Counted from the first letter of the stretch, positions 51,778-60,202 are shown. The stretch: DNA of 64,000 nt from Desulfomonilia bacterium (GCA_050014195.1 JBEKDT010000005.1:128001-192000), one strand, 5' to 3'. The notes: generated by a model not told the origin, from the sequence alone. Numbers and translations: made by a program.

Positions 51778-51934
51778 CATCGCAGACGTGACCTCGCTGA
51801 GCTTCCTGCGAAGGACAACGAGTGCCTGCGGGCTGATTGTGGCCCGATGGGTATTCCGGGACGCAAGTCCGCTATTGAGGAGTAGCATGCTGCTGTTTCC
51901 GAAGCTCATTCAGTCCGGATCCGGGGACATCCAG

Positions 51935-52083
51935 AACAGGAAATACTTTTCATTCTGGAATCGAGAATCTGGTGATGAATAATAAGAAATGGGACATCTT
52001 CTCAAAGGAAGCAGCCCGGGCAGTGGATGTCCGTGCCAAGCACCTGAAGGCGAAACTGGCGCGGACTGCAGGGTGATGCATGT
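51935..52083 (+). repeat. 149-bp direct repeat, copy 2 (orphan gene 3' end)
   Basis: Matches 50712-50860; offset 1223 bp. Confidence 0.95.
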
Positions 52084-52251
52084 AAGGTAAGGGGGAAAGG
52101 AGGGAAGAATGACCTTTATCCTGTCCCTTTTTATCCGAACCCCTTTTATTCCCTTGATTCCGGGAACGGTATCCCTGAGGAAAAATATATGTGGGATTCT
52201 GCATGGGTACATCCCCATTGCAGCGGCATGCGCGCCTGATCTGGGTTAAGG

Positions 52252-52319
52252 AGGAGCGCCTTCAGGCGCTAAAATTGTGTGCGCACCTTATTCCAGTCGC
52301 GGCTGAAGCCGCTCCTACA
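52252..52319. repeat. GTAG-type REP inverted doublet (copy C, inverted relative to copy A)
   Basis: AGGAGCGCCTTCAGGCGC ... TCGCGGCTGAAGCCGCTCCTACA; spacer also similar to copy A (GCACACAA). Confidence 0.85.
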
Positions 52320-52377
52320 GGTTCTGACTTCTCTCCAATGCAAATTCCGGGATAAAATAACACATGAGGAGGTTTCT

Positions 52378-54153
52378 ATGGCTATCTCGTTGTATGAACC
52401 ATCCGTCGATAATGTGCTTAAGGCACAGCCTGCTACGACAAGGACCGCCGGGGGCGGGCAGATTGCCTATCCCTTCCCCTCACCCGATGACTGGAGGGAC
52501 CACTGGATCTACTTTCTTCTTGTCGATCGTTTCAACAACCCATCGAAGCCGCCGCAAAACAGTGATCCCTATGATTTCTATCAAGGCGGCAACTTCGCCG
52601 GCATCAAGAAGCAGCTGCCATACCTCAAAGACCTCGGCGTTGGTGCGATCTGGGTGTCACCGGTCCTTATGAACCCCCCGTGGTTTGAGCAATATTGGGG
52701 AGGTTACGGCACCCTCGACTTCCTGCGCATCGAACCGCGCTTCTGCACCGATCCCGACCAAGCGGCCAAGAATCAGGACATAGCCGACAAGGAGTTCCGC
52801 GATCTGGTCGATGAGGCACACGGACAGGGCATGTATATCATCCTCGACATTGTCCTGAACCACGTCGGCGATCTCTTCAACTATGAAGGCATGCGCGATG
52901 CCGCGCCCTGGAACGACTACCGCGAGTATTCCATCTATTGGCGCAATGAGAAGGGGGAAGCCCAGGGCGGGTGGACCGACATCGGCAGCATCCCCGGTCT
53001 GCCGCGCGATGCCGGCATATGGCCGAAGGACTTTCAGCGCAACGATTTTTTCCGGCGCCGGGGTACATATGACAACAGCCCCGACCCCACACGCGGCGAC
53101 TTCAGCAGGATGAAGGAACTGGTGACCGAGTATCTCATCCGTGACGCGAATATCTATCCGGTCCGCAACTTTCTGATACGTGCCTACCAGTATCTCATTG
53201 CAAAGTTCGACCTTGACGGCTTCCGCATCGATACCCTGCAATATATCGAAGCGGATTTTGCGCGGGTCTTCGGCAATGCCATGCGTGAGTACGCCCTCTC
53301 CATCGGCAAGAAAAACTTCTTCACCTTCGGAGAGGTCTGGCAGGAAGACGACGAAAACAGGATCGCGGAGTTCGTCGGCCGCGACACCCTGAATGGCAAC
53401 GAGCTGGTCGGTGTGGATGCAGCCATCGACTTCCCTATGCGCAAACGCCTGGTCAGCGTATGCAAGGGATTCACCCCGCCCGGCGATCTTGCCGATCATT
53501 TCGATTACCGCCGCAGGATATTAAAGACGACCGTGAGCTCGCATGGTGATGCCAGCGGCTACTATATCACCTTCCTCGACAACCATGACCTACACGAACG
53601 CTTCCACAATACGCAATATCCCGAGCAGACCGGGATGGCATTGACGCTGCTCATGTGTATGCAGGGAATCCCCTGTATCTATTACGGCACCGAGCAGGGA
53701 CTGGACGGCCATGGCGACCGGTGCGAATACGTCCGCGAAGCCCTCTGGGGGAAGCCGGGTGCCTTTTCATCGACCCATGAGCTATATAAGACGATCCAGG
53801 ACCTCAAAACGCTTCGAGACCGCCAGCCTGCACTTCGCTACGGTCGGCAATACTTCCGGCCGTGCAGCGGGAACGGTACGGACTTCGGCTATTCACCCTA
53901 CTGCGGGGGAGTCGTCAGCCTCTCACGGATACTGAATGATTGCGAGATCCTCATCGTTGCCAACACCGACACCCAGCAGAAAGCAACCGTGCACGTAGTC
54001 ATCGACGGCAACCTCAATCCGGACGGCAGGAATTGGAGCATATTGTTCTCTACGAGGCAACACCCTGCCGCGCCCGGATCAACCACGACCCACGGTGCTT
54101 GCCGCACAATACAGGTCACCCTGGAACCGATGGAAGCCCAGGTGCTGGGTTGA
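52378..54153 (+). CDS. Alpha-amylase family glycoside hydrolase (GH13)
   Basis: YFLLVDRF, DIVLNH, DGFRIDT, GEVW, FLDNHD, GIPCIYYGTEQ; GAGGAGG RBS. Confidence 0.93.
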   Translation: MAISLYEPSVDNVLKAQPATTRTAGGGQIAYPFPSPDDWRDHWIYFLLVDRFNNPSKPPQNSDPYDFYQGGNFAGIKKQLPYLKDLGVGAIWVSPVLMNPPWFEQYWGGYGTLDFLRIEPRFCTDPDQAAKNQDIADKEFRDLVDEAHGQGMYIILDIVLNHVGDLFNYEGMRDAAPWNDYREYSIYWRNEKGEAQGGWTDIGSIPGLPRDAGIWPKDFQRNDFFRRRGTYDNSPDPTRGDFSRMKELVTEYLIRDANIYPVRNFLIRAYQYLIAKFDLDGFRIDTLQYIEADFARVFGNAMREYALSIGKKNFFTFGEVWQEDDENRIAEFVGRDTLNGNELVGVDAAIDFPMRKRLVSVCKGFTPPGDLADHFDYRRRILKTTVSSHGDASGYYITFLDNHDLHERFHNTQYPEQTGMALTLLMCMQGIPCIYYGTEQGLDGHGDRCEYVREALWGKPGAFSSTHELYKTIQDLKTLRDRQPALRYGRQYFRPCSGNGTDFGYSPYCGGVVSLSRILNDCEILIVANTDTQQKATVHVVIDGNLNPDGRNWSILFSTRQHPAAPGSTTTHGACRTIQVTLEPMEAQVLG

Positions 54154-54383
54154 GCGGAAGGGCGGGCGGAACAAAAACGGGCTGACCCGTGTTAGACCAA
54201 ACGAACCCGATGGAATGATGCCATAGCGTATACAGGGCACCTACCTTTTGGGGCTTTCAAAAATTTCGAATTCTCGGGACATGATAGGAAACATGCTTGC
54301 ATGACTTTCCATCCGTCATTGCAATAGGGATGAGCCGACCAGCAGGTTCTCACAGATAGAGACTTTTGCATTACCCTATGTCC

Positions 54384-54550
54384 GTCATTGCGAGCGTAGC
54401 GAAGCAATCCCTGCATCTTGGCACAGTCTCGATTTATCGAGATTGACTCGGGACATCCCTGCCCCTCGCCCTTTGGGCGCAACTTCGATGCGTCAATTTC
54501 TGCTTTCCTGCAGAAATTTGACCACGTCGCCTTCGGCTCCTCGCAATGAC
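54384..54550. repeat. GTCATTGCGAG...CTCGCAATGAC palindromic element carrying a 76-bp insert (54446-54521)
   Basis: 11-bp perfect terminal IR; internal GCAATC/GATTG; insert-free right half present at 61745-61787. Confidence 0.8.
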
Positions 54551-54701
54551 CGATGAATAGGATGTGCAAAGGTCTCAGATAAAGAATTATAACAGAATAA
54601 TGCCTTGCACTCAATATCCGGATATACTGCAATTGTGCATCGGATAACTATAGTGATATACTGCAAAAGTGCAGTATAGTAATTATATTTAAGGGGGAAA
54701 T

Positions 54702-55436
54702 ATGTTCCCTTTTGCAATACAGCAACAAACAAATCACTGGGTTGAAATAATTAAGGCGCTAACAACATTAGTTGCAGCGTTCGGAGGTGCTTGGTTTGCT
54801 TTCTTGCTCCAGAATAGAAAAGAGAAAAAGAGAGAGACAAACACTAATGTTGAAGCTTTAAATAAAGTTCAAATTACGTTAACTCAGCAGCTCAATGCTC
54901 TAACAATTTTTAATAAAGATTTTATACAACCATACAAAGACCATCCAATAAACTGGATCGCTCTGCCAGCTGCTCCACACAGGGATTATTCGAAGCTCCA
55001 AGTAGATGGAGGATCGTTGGCGTTTCTTGTCGAGAAGAATTCCTCTGCTCTGATTTCAAAAGTATTAGTTGTTGAGGAAAAATTTAAAGAGGTAATGAAT
55101 GTAATTAATTTAAGATCAAATATTCATGTCGATCAATTACAACCAAAACTGGCAGAGATGGGTTTCATAGAAGGTAAGCCCTTTGATTTTTCGCTTGAAA
55201 AAGTGGAAAGCTTATTAGGAACTCAGCTCGTTAGCGGACTTAAAAGATTAACTAACGATTTGATTTTCGTCACGGAAGATGCCATCCAATCTCACGAAGA
55301 AATAATAAAAGAAATTAAAGCGACTGGCATTAAGCTTTTTCCCAACAAGCGAATACTTTCATTTGAGTATATGGATAAAGATAAACAATATAACAAGGCT
55401 AATGCAGCCGACGCAAAAAGCAGCACGGCTGATTAG
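54702..55436 (+). CDS. Integron cassette 1: hypothetical protein with N-terminal TM helix, AT-rich
   Basis: AAGGGGG RBS; ORF runs into attC (tail YNKANAADAK). Confidence 0.8.
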   Translation: MFPFAIQQQTNHWVEIIKALTTLVAAFGGAWFAFLLQNRKEKKRETNTNVEALNKVQITLTQQLNALTIFNKDFIQPYKDHPINWIALPAAPHRDYSKLQVDGGSLAFLVEKNSSALISKVLVVEEKFKEVMNVINLRSNIHVDQLQPKLAEMGFIEGKPFDFSLEKVESLLGTQLVSGLKRLTNDLIFVTEDAIQSHEEIIKEIKATGIKLFPNKRILSFEYMDKDKQYNKANAADAKSSTAD

Positions 55437-55447
55437 CAGCGTTGGGC
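55388..55447 (+). mobile_element. Integron attC site 1
   Basis: R'' ATATAAC, L'' GCTAATgCAGCCG pairing with L' CGGCTGATTAGC (extrahelical G), R' GTTGGGC; 60 bp. Confidence 0.9.
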
Positions 55448-55460
55448 TTGATAAATCGTC

Positions 55461-56393
55461 ATGAAACGTAAAAAGAGCTCCCAGACGAAATCGAGTGATT
55501 GTGTAATTCCTTCGCGGCCGTCCACAGCGGCCTTGCGAAAGAACCTCGTCGACTCATCTCCATATGAGGAACGGGAAGTCGCCGAGTACGTCGAATGTGA
55601 GTTATCAAAGGAAGAGCAAGATCCAGTCACGGTTGAGCACCTCGAATTAGTCAAATCTGAGGTCGTATGGGGTAGGCTTCACAAGGTTTGGGACGTCCAC
55701 ACAACCGATGGTCGCTGGTGGGTGGTAACTGAGCCGATGAATCTTTACTCACAGACAGACTTTCCCAGTCTGGATTACATCCTTTCTTTCCACGTTGGGT
55801 TGATGGCTCGCTTGGCTGCGCGTGAATCTAGACGGGTTACAAACAAAAACGCCGAGCGTTTCGCAGCGGCATGGCGTCGGTGGGAGCAAGCCGCCATTGC
55901 TGTTGATGAAGCTAGAGAAGCCGAAGACTTCCAAGCTGTGGGAATGAAATGTCGGGAGTGCCTTCTTACCTTTGTTCGAGATGCGCAGGATGATGTGCAC
56001 GTTCCCCAAGGGCAAGAACCACCCAAACGTGCGGACTTCGTACACTGGTCGGAACTGTTGGCCGACTTCGCTACGCCAGGAGCACATGGAAAAGATCTAC
56101 GTGCTTATTTAAAGCAAATTGCTAGTTCCGCTTGGCCCCTAGTGAACTGGCTTACGCATACAACTAGCGCCGTGCGTTACGACGCAGAGATCGCAGTCGC
56201 CGCAACGAATCATGTTCTGGAGTCCTTTGCAGGAGCACTGATTCGTCAAGAGTCAAAGAATGCTGGTCGGTGCCCGAAGTGTTCGTCCTATCAGGTTCAG
56301 AGTTTCTATATGCCGGAGCTTGAGTACGACCCGCCATATCTATTGGTGTGCATGGCATGCGGGTACGAAGCGCCAGCTAAAGAAGAGGCCTAA
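55461..56393 (+). CDS. Integron cassette 2: hypothetical protein with C-terminal CxxC...CxxC zinc ribbon
   Basis: Lies between two attC sites; CPKC...CMAC. Confidence 0.82.
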   Translation: MKRKKSSQTKSSDCVIPSRPSTAALRKNLVDSSPYEEREVAEYVECELSKEEQDPVTVEHLELVKSEVVWGRLHKVWDVHTTDGRWWVVTEPMNLYSQTDFPSLDYILSFHVGLMARLAARESRRVTNKNAERFAAAWRRWEQAAIAVDEAREAEDFQAVGMKCRECLLTFVRDAQDDVHVPQGQEPPKRADFVHWSELLADFATPGAHGKDLRAYLKQIASSAWPLVNWLTHTTSAVRYDAEIAVAATNHVLESFAGALIRQESKNAGRCPKCSSYQVQSFYMPELEYDPPYLLVCMACGYEAPAKEEA

Positions 56394-56397
56394 TGAA

Positions 56398-56455
56398 GCC
56401 CAACCATCGCATCCACCCGGACGGCTTTCAGCCGCCGGTGATCAGCTCGTTAGCC
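56398..56455 (+). mobile_element. Integron attC site 2
   Basis: R'' GCCCAAC (exact reverse complement of the preceding GTTGGGC), ATCCACCCGG/CCGGTGAT arms, R' GTTAGCC; 58 bp. Confidence 0.85.
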
Positions 56456-56486
56456 GCCCAAATATGTATTGCCCAATATAGCAACC

Positions 56487-56522
56487 GGTAGTACCATTGA
56501 TAATACAATTGGAGGTACTACC
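56487..56522 (+). promoter_or_regulatory. Inverted repeat upstream of the antitoxin (putative TA autorepression operator)
   Basis: GGTAGTACC-N18-GGTACTACC; right arm overlaps the GGAGG RBS. Confidence 0.55.
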
Positions 56523-56523
56523 A

Positions 56524-56799
56524 ATGCCTAAAGCTCCCAAAATCATACCCATCTCAGATCTCAGGCAGAATGCCAGTAATGTTGTGAAAAGGGTATCATC
56601 ATCCCGAGAGCCTGTCTTTATCACCCAGCGCGGCAGAGCCGCTGCCGTCATGGTCAGTATGGAATCGTATGAGCACTCGCAGCATGAACTTGAAATCTTA
56701 CGCTTGCTCGCACGGGGTGAAAAAGAGATTGAGGCGGGTATCGGCTACGAACTCGATGATGTACTGAAGGAGGCTGATAGGATTCTTAAAGGGAAATAA
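56524..56799 (+). CDS. Phd/YefM-family antitoxin
   Basis: PISDLR...EPVFITQRGR-AAV-VS-E-YE. Confidence 0.92.
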   Translation: MPKAPKIIPISDLRQNASNVVKRVSSSREPVFITQRGRAAAVMVSMESYEHSQHELEILRLLARGEKEIEAGIGYELDDVLKEADRILKGK

Positions 56800-56802
56800 A
56801 CC

Positions 56803-57093
56803 TTGAAAATTCTTTTTATCCCGACAGCACGTCTTCAGTTTTTTGAAGCAAAAACATATATTCGTCAAGACAACCCGAGCGCCGCTGCAGATTTTCGGCA
56901 TAAGGCAGAGAAGAGTCTAACCCGTCTTAAAAAGTTCCCTGAATCGGGAAGGCTGCTGCCTGAGTTTCCTGATCTTCCCTTTCGCGAAGTAATTGTGCAT
57001 CCATATCGTTTTTTTTATCGCGTGAAAGATAAGACCGTGTGGATCGTAGCTGTATGGCATGGTGCTCAACTTCCTTATGAACCTGAAAAATAA
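56803..57093 (+). CDS. RelE/ParE-family toxin
   Basis: YI-QDNP-AA, L--FP-SGR, REVI--PYR-FYR, I-AVWH. Confidence 0.9.
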   Translation: MKILFIPTARLQFFEAKTYIRQDNPSAAADFRHKAEKSLTRLKKFPESGRLLPEFPDLPFREVIVHPYRFFYRVKDKTVWIVAVWHGAQLPYEPEK

Positions 57094-57148
57094 TGACCGA
57101 ACGGGCACATAGGCAACAGATTGTTCTGGGTACATGGGTAACACTTTT
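57094..57148 (-). mobile_element. Isolated IS end remnant, IS481-like
   Basis: Minus strand AAAAGTGTTACCCATGT...TGTTGCCTATGTGCCCGTTCGGTCA: two TGTT-CC-ATGT units ending in CA; family assignment is from recall. Confidence 0.55.
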
Positions 57149-57204
57149 GCATAGTTTCATAGACACTGGATGAGGTGTCTATGGGATGGAAAGGAGTAAC
57201 CAAC

Positions 57205-57612
57205 ATGAACAAGAGGCCGCTGCAAGTCACAACAGCAATTCTTGGGCTGGTTCCGGTGATTACGGGCATCATTACGATGCTGGGAATCTACGATCCCATT
57301 TATGCTTCGGCAGGGGTGCCAAGGTTTCCGCTCCTAGACAGTAACCTTAGGTTCTTTGGTGGTGTGTGGCTTGGCCTCGGTGTAGCCATACTCTGGCTGG
57401 TTCCGTCCATTGAGAAACAGGGCACCCTGTTCCGGGTTATCTGGGGAGCTATCTTTCTTGGCGGTATCGGCAGGCTTCTTTCCATGGTGTTCTTGGGCCT
57501 GCCTCCAATTCCATTTATCGGCTTCACCGCCCTAGAAATTATTGGGGCACCCCTCTTTATTTACTGGCAGTATCGCGTGGCGCAGATCTATGTGCAGAGT
57601 CCGCCCGTCTGA
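57205..57612 (+). CDS. DUF4345-like membrane protein
   Basis: LDS-LRF-GG-WLG-G, F-GG-GRLLS; 4 TM helices. Confidence 0.8.
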   Translation: MNKRPLQVTTAILGLVPVITGIITMLGIYDPIYASAGVPRFPLLDSNLRFFGGVWLGLGVAILWLVPSIEKQGTLFRVIWGAIFLGGIGRLLSMVFLGLPPIPFIGFTALEIIGAPLFIYWQYRVAQIYVQSPPV

Positions 57613-57697
57613 CATTTCCTTCCAGCCGACCAGGAAACAAGGGCGAAAAGACTTGTAGAAGAAGATCTGAAATCCGTGTATCCCAATAAGCACAGTA

Positions 57698-59101
57698 GTG
57701 AGCACAGACCTTACACGCGCCGAGGCACTCTTTATCGAGGGGAACCGCCATATGTCCGCAGGCGATGCCCATAAGGCAGAGGCATGCTTTCGGGAGGCAA
57801 TCAGGCTTGTGCCGGACTTTGCCGAAGCCCATGCCAACCTCGGGCTGCTGCTTGATCAAGGGGGCAAGCCTGCCGAGGCAGAGCATCAGTACCTGCATTC
57901 CATCGCCCTTAATCCCAATCTCGGGAAGACGATCATGAACCTGGGGGCCCTGCTGGCCGGCCAGAAACGCTTCGAAGAGGCCGAGGCTGCTTATCGTCAA
58001 GCCCTTGAGCTGCTCCCGGATTCCCCGGCGGCCTGGTCGAATCTGGGGGTGCTGCAGGCCTGCCGGAAGCAGGAACAGTCAGCCGAGCTGAGTTATCGCA
58101 GGGCCATAGAGCTGGATCCGGATTACGCCTTAGCCTATTTCAATCTCAGCTACCTGTTGTTGCGTCAGGGCCGCTTTGAAGAAGGCTGGCAATGTCTTGA
58201 GAAGCGGAACTGGTATGCCCGGCTGGAGAAGAATATCTCTTGTCCCCGCTGGCGAGGGGAATCGCTTAAGGGTAGATCTCTGATGATCGGCTTCGAGGCG
58301 GGGCACGGCGACATGATCCAGTTCTGCCGTTATGCGTCGGTATTGAAAGCTCAAGGGGCTGCACGGATCACCATTATTTGCCATCCTGCATTGAAGACCC
58401 TGTTCACTACCATGGACGGTGTGGATGCTGTCTTTGCCTTTGACGAGACATCAGAGCCTCCAGAGTGGGATTTATGGACGCCGCCACTGAGCATGCCATA
58501 CTATTGCCGGACCCGGCTCGATTCGATCCCTGCGGACATACCCTATCTGCACCCAGACAGAGAGCTTGTTGAAAGATGGTCATCCGTGCTGTCCGATCAG
58601 TGCGATCCTTCCGATGTCCGTGTGGGCCTGGTGTGGAAAGGCTCTACACGTTTCGAGAACGATGCCGATCGATCCCTTTCCGATCTGAAGACGCTGGAGT
58701 CCTTGGGCATGGTCGCAGGGGTGCGCTTTTTCAGTTTGCAGAAAGGGGCCGGTGAGGATGAAGCGGCAAGTCAGCCGGAGGGCCTGCCTTTCGTGAATCT
58801 GGGGCCGCAGATTTCGGACTTTGCCGATTCTGCGGCCATTGTGATGAATCTCGACTTGATCATTTGCGTCGACACTGCCATGGCCCACCTTACCGGGGCT
58901 CTTGGCAAGGACTGCTGGGTACTTCTGCCTGACTACAAGACCGATTGGCGCTGGCTGACCGGGCGCATCGATTCGCCCTGGTATCCCGGCGTGATGCGCC
59001 TCTTCCGCCAGCCCCGCATGGGCGACTGGGCGGCGGTGGTTGCCGAAGTGCGCGCGGCGCTCAAGAAGTTTGCAGCGACACCCAGGCCCCTTGGACGATG
59101 A
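57698..59101 (+). CDS. TPR-containing glycosyltransferase (GT9/heptosyltransferase-like C-terminus)
   Basis: 4-5 TPRs, E-G-GD-IQF-RY, VGLVW-G, LDL-I-VDT--AHL-GA-G, SPWYP. Confidence 0.88.
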   Translation: MSTDLTRAEALFIEGNRHMSAGDAHKAEACFREAIRLVPDFAEAHANLGLLLDQGGKPAEAEHQYLHSIALNPNLGKTIMNLGALLAGQKRFEEAEAAYRQALELLPDSPAAWSNLGVLQACRKQEQSAELSYRRAIELDPDYALAYFNLSYLLLRQGRFEEGWQCLEKRNWYARLEKNISCPRWRGESLKGRSLMIGFEAGHGDMIQFCRYASVLKAQGAARITIICHPALKTLFTTMDGVDAVFAFDETSEPPEWDLWTPPLSMPYYCRTRLDSIPADIPYLHPDRELVERWSSVLSDQCDPSDVRVGLVWKGSTRFENDADRSLSDLKTLESLGMVAGVRFFSLQKGAGEDEAASQPEGLPFVNLGPQISDFADSAAIVMNLDLIICVDTAMAHLTGALGKDCWVLLPDYKTDWRWLTGRIDSPWYPGVMRLFRQPRMGDWAAVVAEVRAALKKFAATPRPLGR

Positions 59102-59197
59102 ATTGTCGCGCTTGACGGCCACAGACCTGGGCATATTCCACACCGGCTGCCGTCCCGGACCGGTTGACTTCTTTCGGTTCGGTAGAGGAATCTAAGT

Positions 59198-59461
59198 ATG
59201 AAGAAACGATGTCCGGGAATGGATCCTACCTATTTCAAAATCGAGGATATCCGTGCACAGAAGTGTACTTCCTGCGGCAGTGATATGGAGTTCTGGAAAG
59301 ACGATGTATTCCTTGTTTGTCCTGGCTGTGGAACCAGAAACACAAATGCCGGGGTCCGGAATACTTGTCTGGCCTGGTGCAAAGAAGCTTCTGCCTGCAT
59401 CGGGAACAGGGATATTGAAGAATGGTTGATCTTGCAAAAAAGGAAAAAGGGGAAGTGCTGA
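59198..59461 (+). CDS. Small Cys-rich (zinc-ribbon-like) protein
   Basis: CPG, CTSCG, CPGCG, CLAWC---A--C. Confidence 0.75.
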   Translation: MKKRCPGMDPTYFKIEDIRAQKCTSCGSDMEFWKDDVFLVCPGCGTRNTNAGVRNTCLAWCKEASACIGNRDIEEWLILQKRKKGKC

Positions 59462-59529
59462 CAAAAGGCTGCAGCGGACATGGTGCAGGCACAGGCCGCC
59501 GATCAGCGGCAATATTTATCTGAGTGCCC

Positions 59530-59555
59530 TTGACTTGTATGCATAGTTAATGCAT
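59530..59555 (+). promoter_or_regulatory. vapBC promoter with paired ATGCAT palindromes
   Basis: TTGACT -35; ATGCAT-N5-ATGCAT over the spacer/-10 region. Confidence 0.5.
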
Positions 59556-59565
59556 ATATATACAT

Positions 59566-59766
59566 ATGAGAACGACACTCAATATCGATGATGATACCTT
59601 AAAAAAAGCGAGCCGGTTAACGGGGATCAAAGAAAAAACCGCCTTGGTGCAACGTGGACTCGAAGCGATCATTGCAATAGAGAGCAGTAAAAGACTCGCA
59701 AAGTTGGGGGGGACCGAAAAGGATCTCCGGCCGATTCCCCGTCGCAGACCGTCCGGATCTTCATAA
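59566..59766 (+). CDS. vapB: VapB-type antitoxin
   Basis: MRTTLNIDD--L--A--LTGI-EKT-LV--GL. Confidence 0.88.
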   Translation: MRTTLNIDDDTLKKASRLTGIKEKTALVQRGLEAIIAIESSKRLAKLGGTEKDLRPIPRRRPSGSS

Positions 59767-60128
59767 TGGTCCTGGTTGATACATCCGTATGGATTGACCA
59801 TCTCAAAAAAGGCAATGCACACCTGGAAAAATTACTGCTCGATATTGAGGTGGCATGCCATCCTTTTATCATTGGTGAGATTGCATGCGGCAACCTGAAA
59901 AACAGGACAGAGATTCTTTCATTACTTCATTCACTCCCTTTGACGCCCATCATAGAAAACGAGGAAATATTGCTCTTCATCGAGAGGAATAATCTTTCAG
60001 GAATCGGGATTGGGCTTATTGATGTACATTTGCTTGCATCTTCACGTCTCGCTCACATTCCCATTTGGACACGTGATAAAAGATTACTTAACGCCTCTAT
60101 ATCTCTCCAAATGGCATATATCTACTGA
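59766..60128 (+). CDS. vapC: VapC PIN-domain toxin
   Basis: LVDTSVWID, GE, ID-HLL, WT-D; TAATG overlap with vapB. Confidence 0.92.
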   Translation: MVLVDTSVWIDHLKKGNAHLEKLLLDIEVACHPFIIGEIACGNLKNRTEILSLLHSLPLTPIIENEEILLFIERNNLSGIGIGLIDVHLLASSRLAHIPIWTRDKRLLNASISLQMAYIY

Positions 60129-60202
60129 AGACAATTCATTCCGGGCGCAGGGCTGAATCCAGCATGCCGAGGCACAAAATGACGCAGGCGAGGAGGAAAA
60201 AG

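Noticed and set aside
50712-52083. Diversity-generating retroelement TR/VR pair
   Set aside because: Only 3 mismatches, none at adenines, and no reverse transcriptase in the window
52084-52160. Purine/pyrimidine-skewed tract with CCTGTCCCTTTTT and ACCCCTTTT
   Set aside because: May be a repeat remnant, but it is single-copy here and too degenerate to support a call
54173-54197. Additional attC ending in GTTAGAC
   Set aside because: No matching RYYYAAC and no L-box pairing; only a short hairpin
54192-54632. 146-aa minus-strand ORF (and similar ORFs at 40113-40373, 44144-44386, 36989-37230)
   Set aside because: They translate palindromic repeat elements and show no protein-family features
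54667-54693. Xer dif site
   Set aside because: TTATATTTAAG only loosely resembles the XerD arm and the 11-6-11 spacing does not fit; the cassette junction explains it better
59456-59533. Second Cys-UGA selenocysteine readthrough at the end of the Cys-rich ORF
   Set aside because: Follows a basic low-complexity tail; the extension is short with no domain pattern or convincing SECIS
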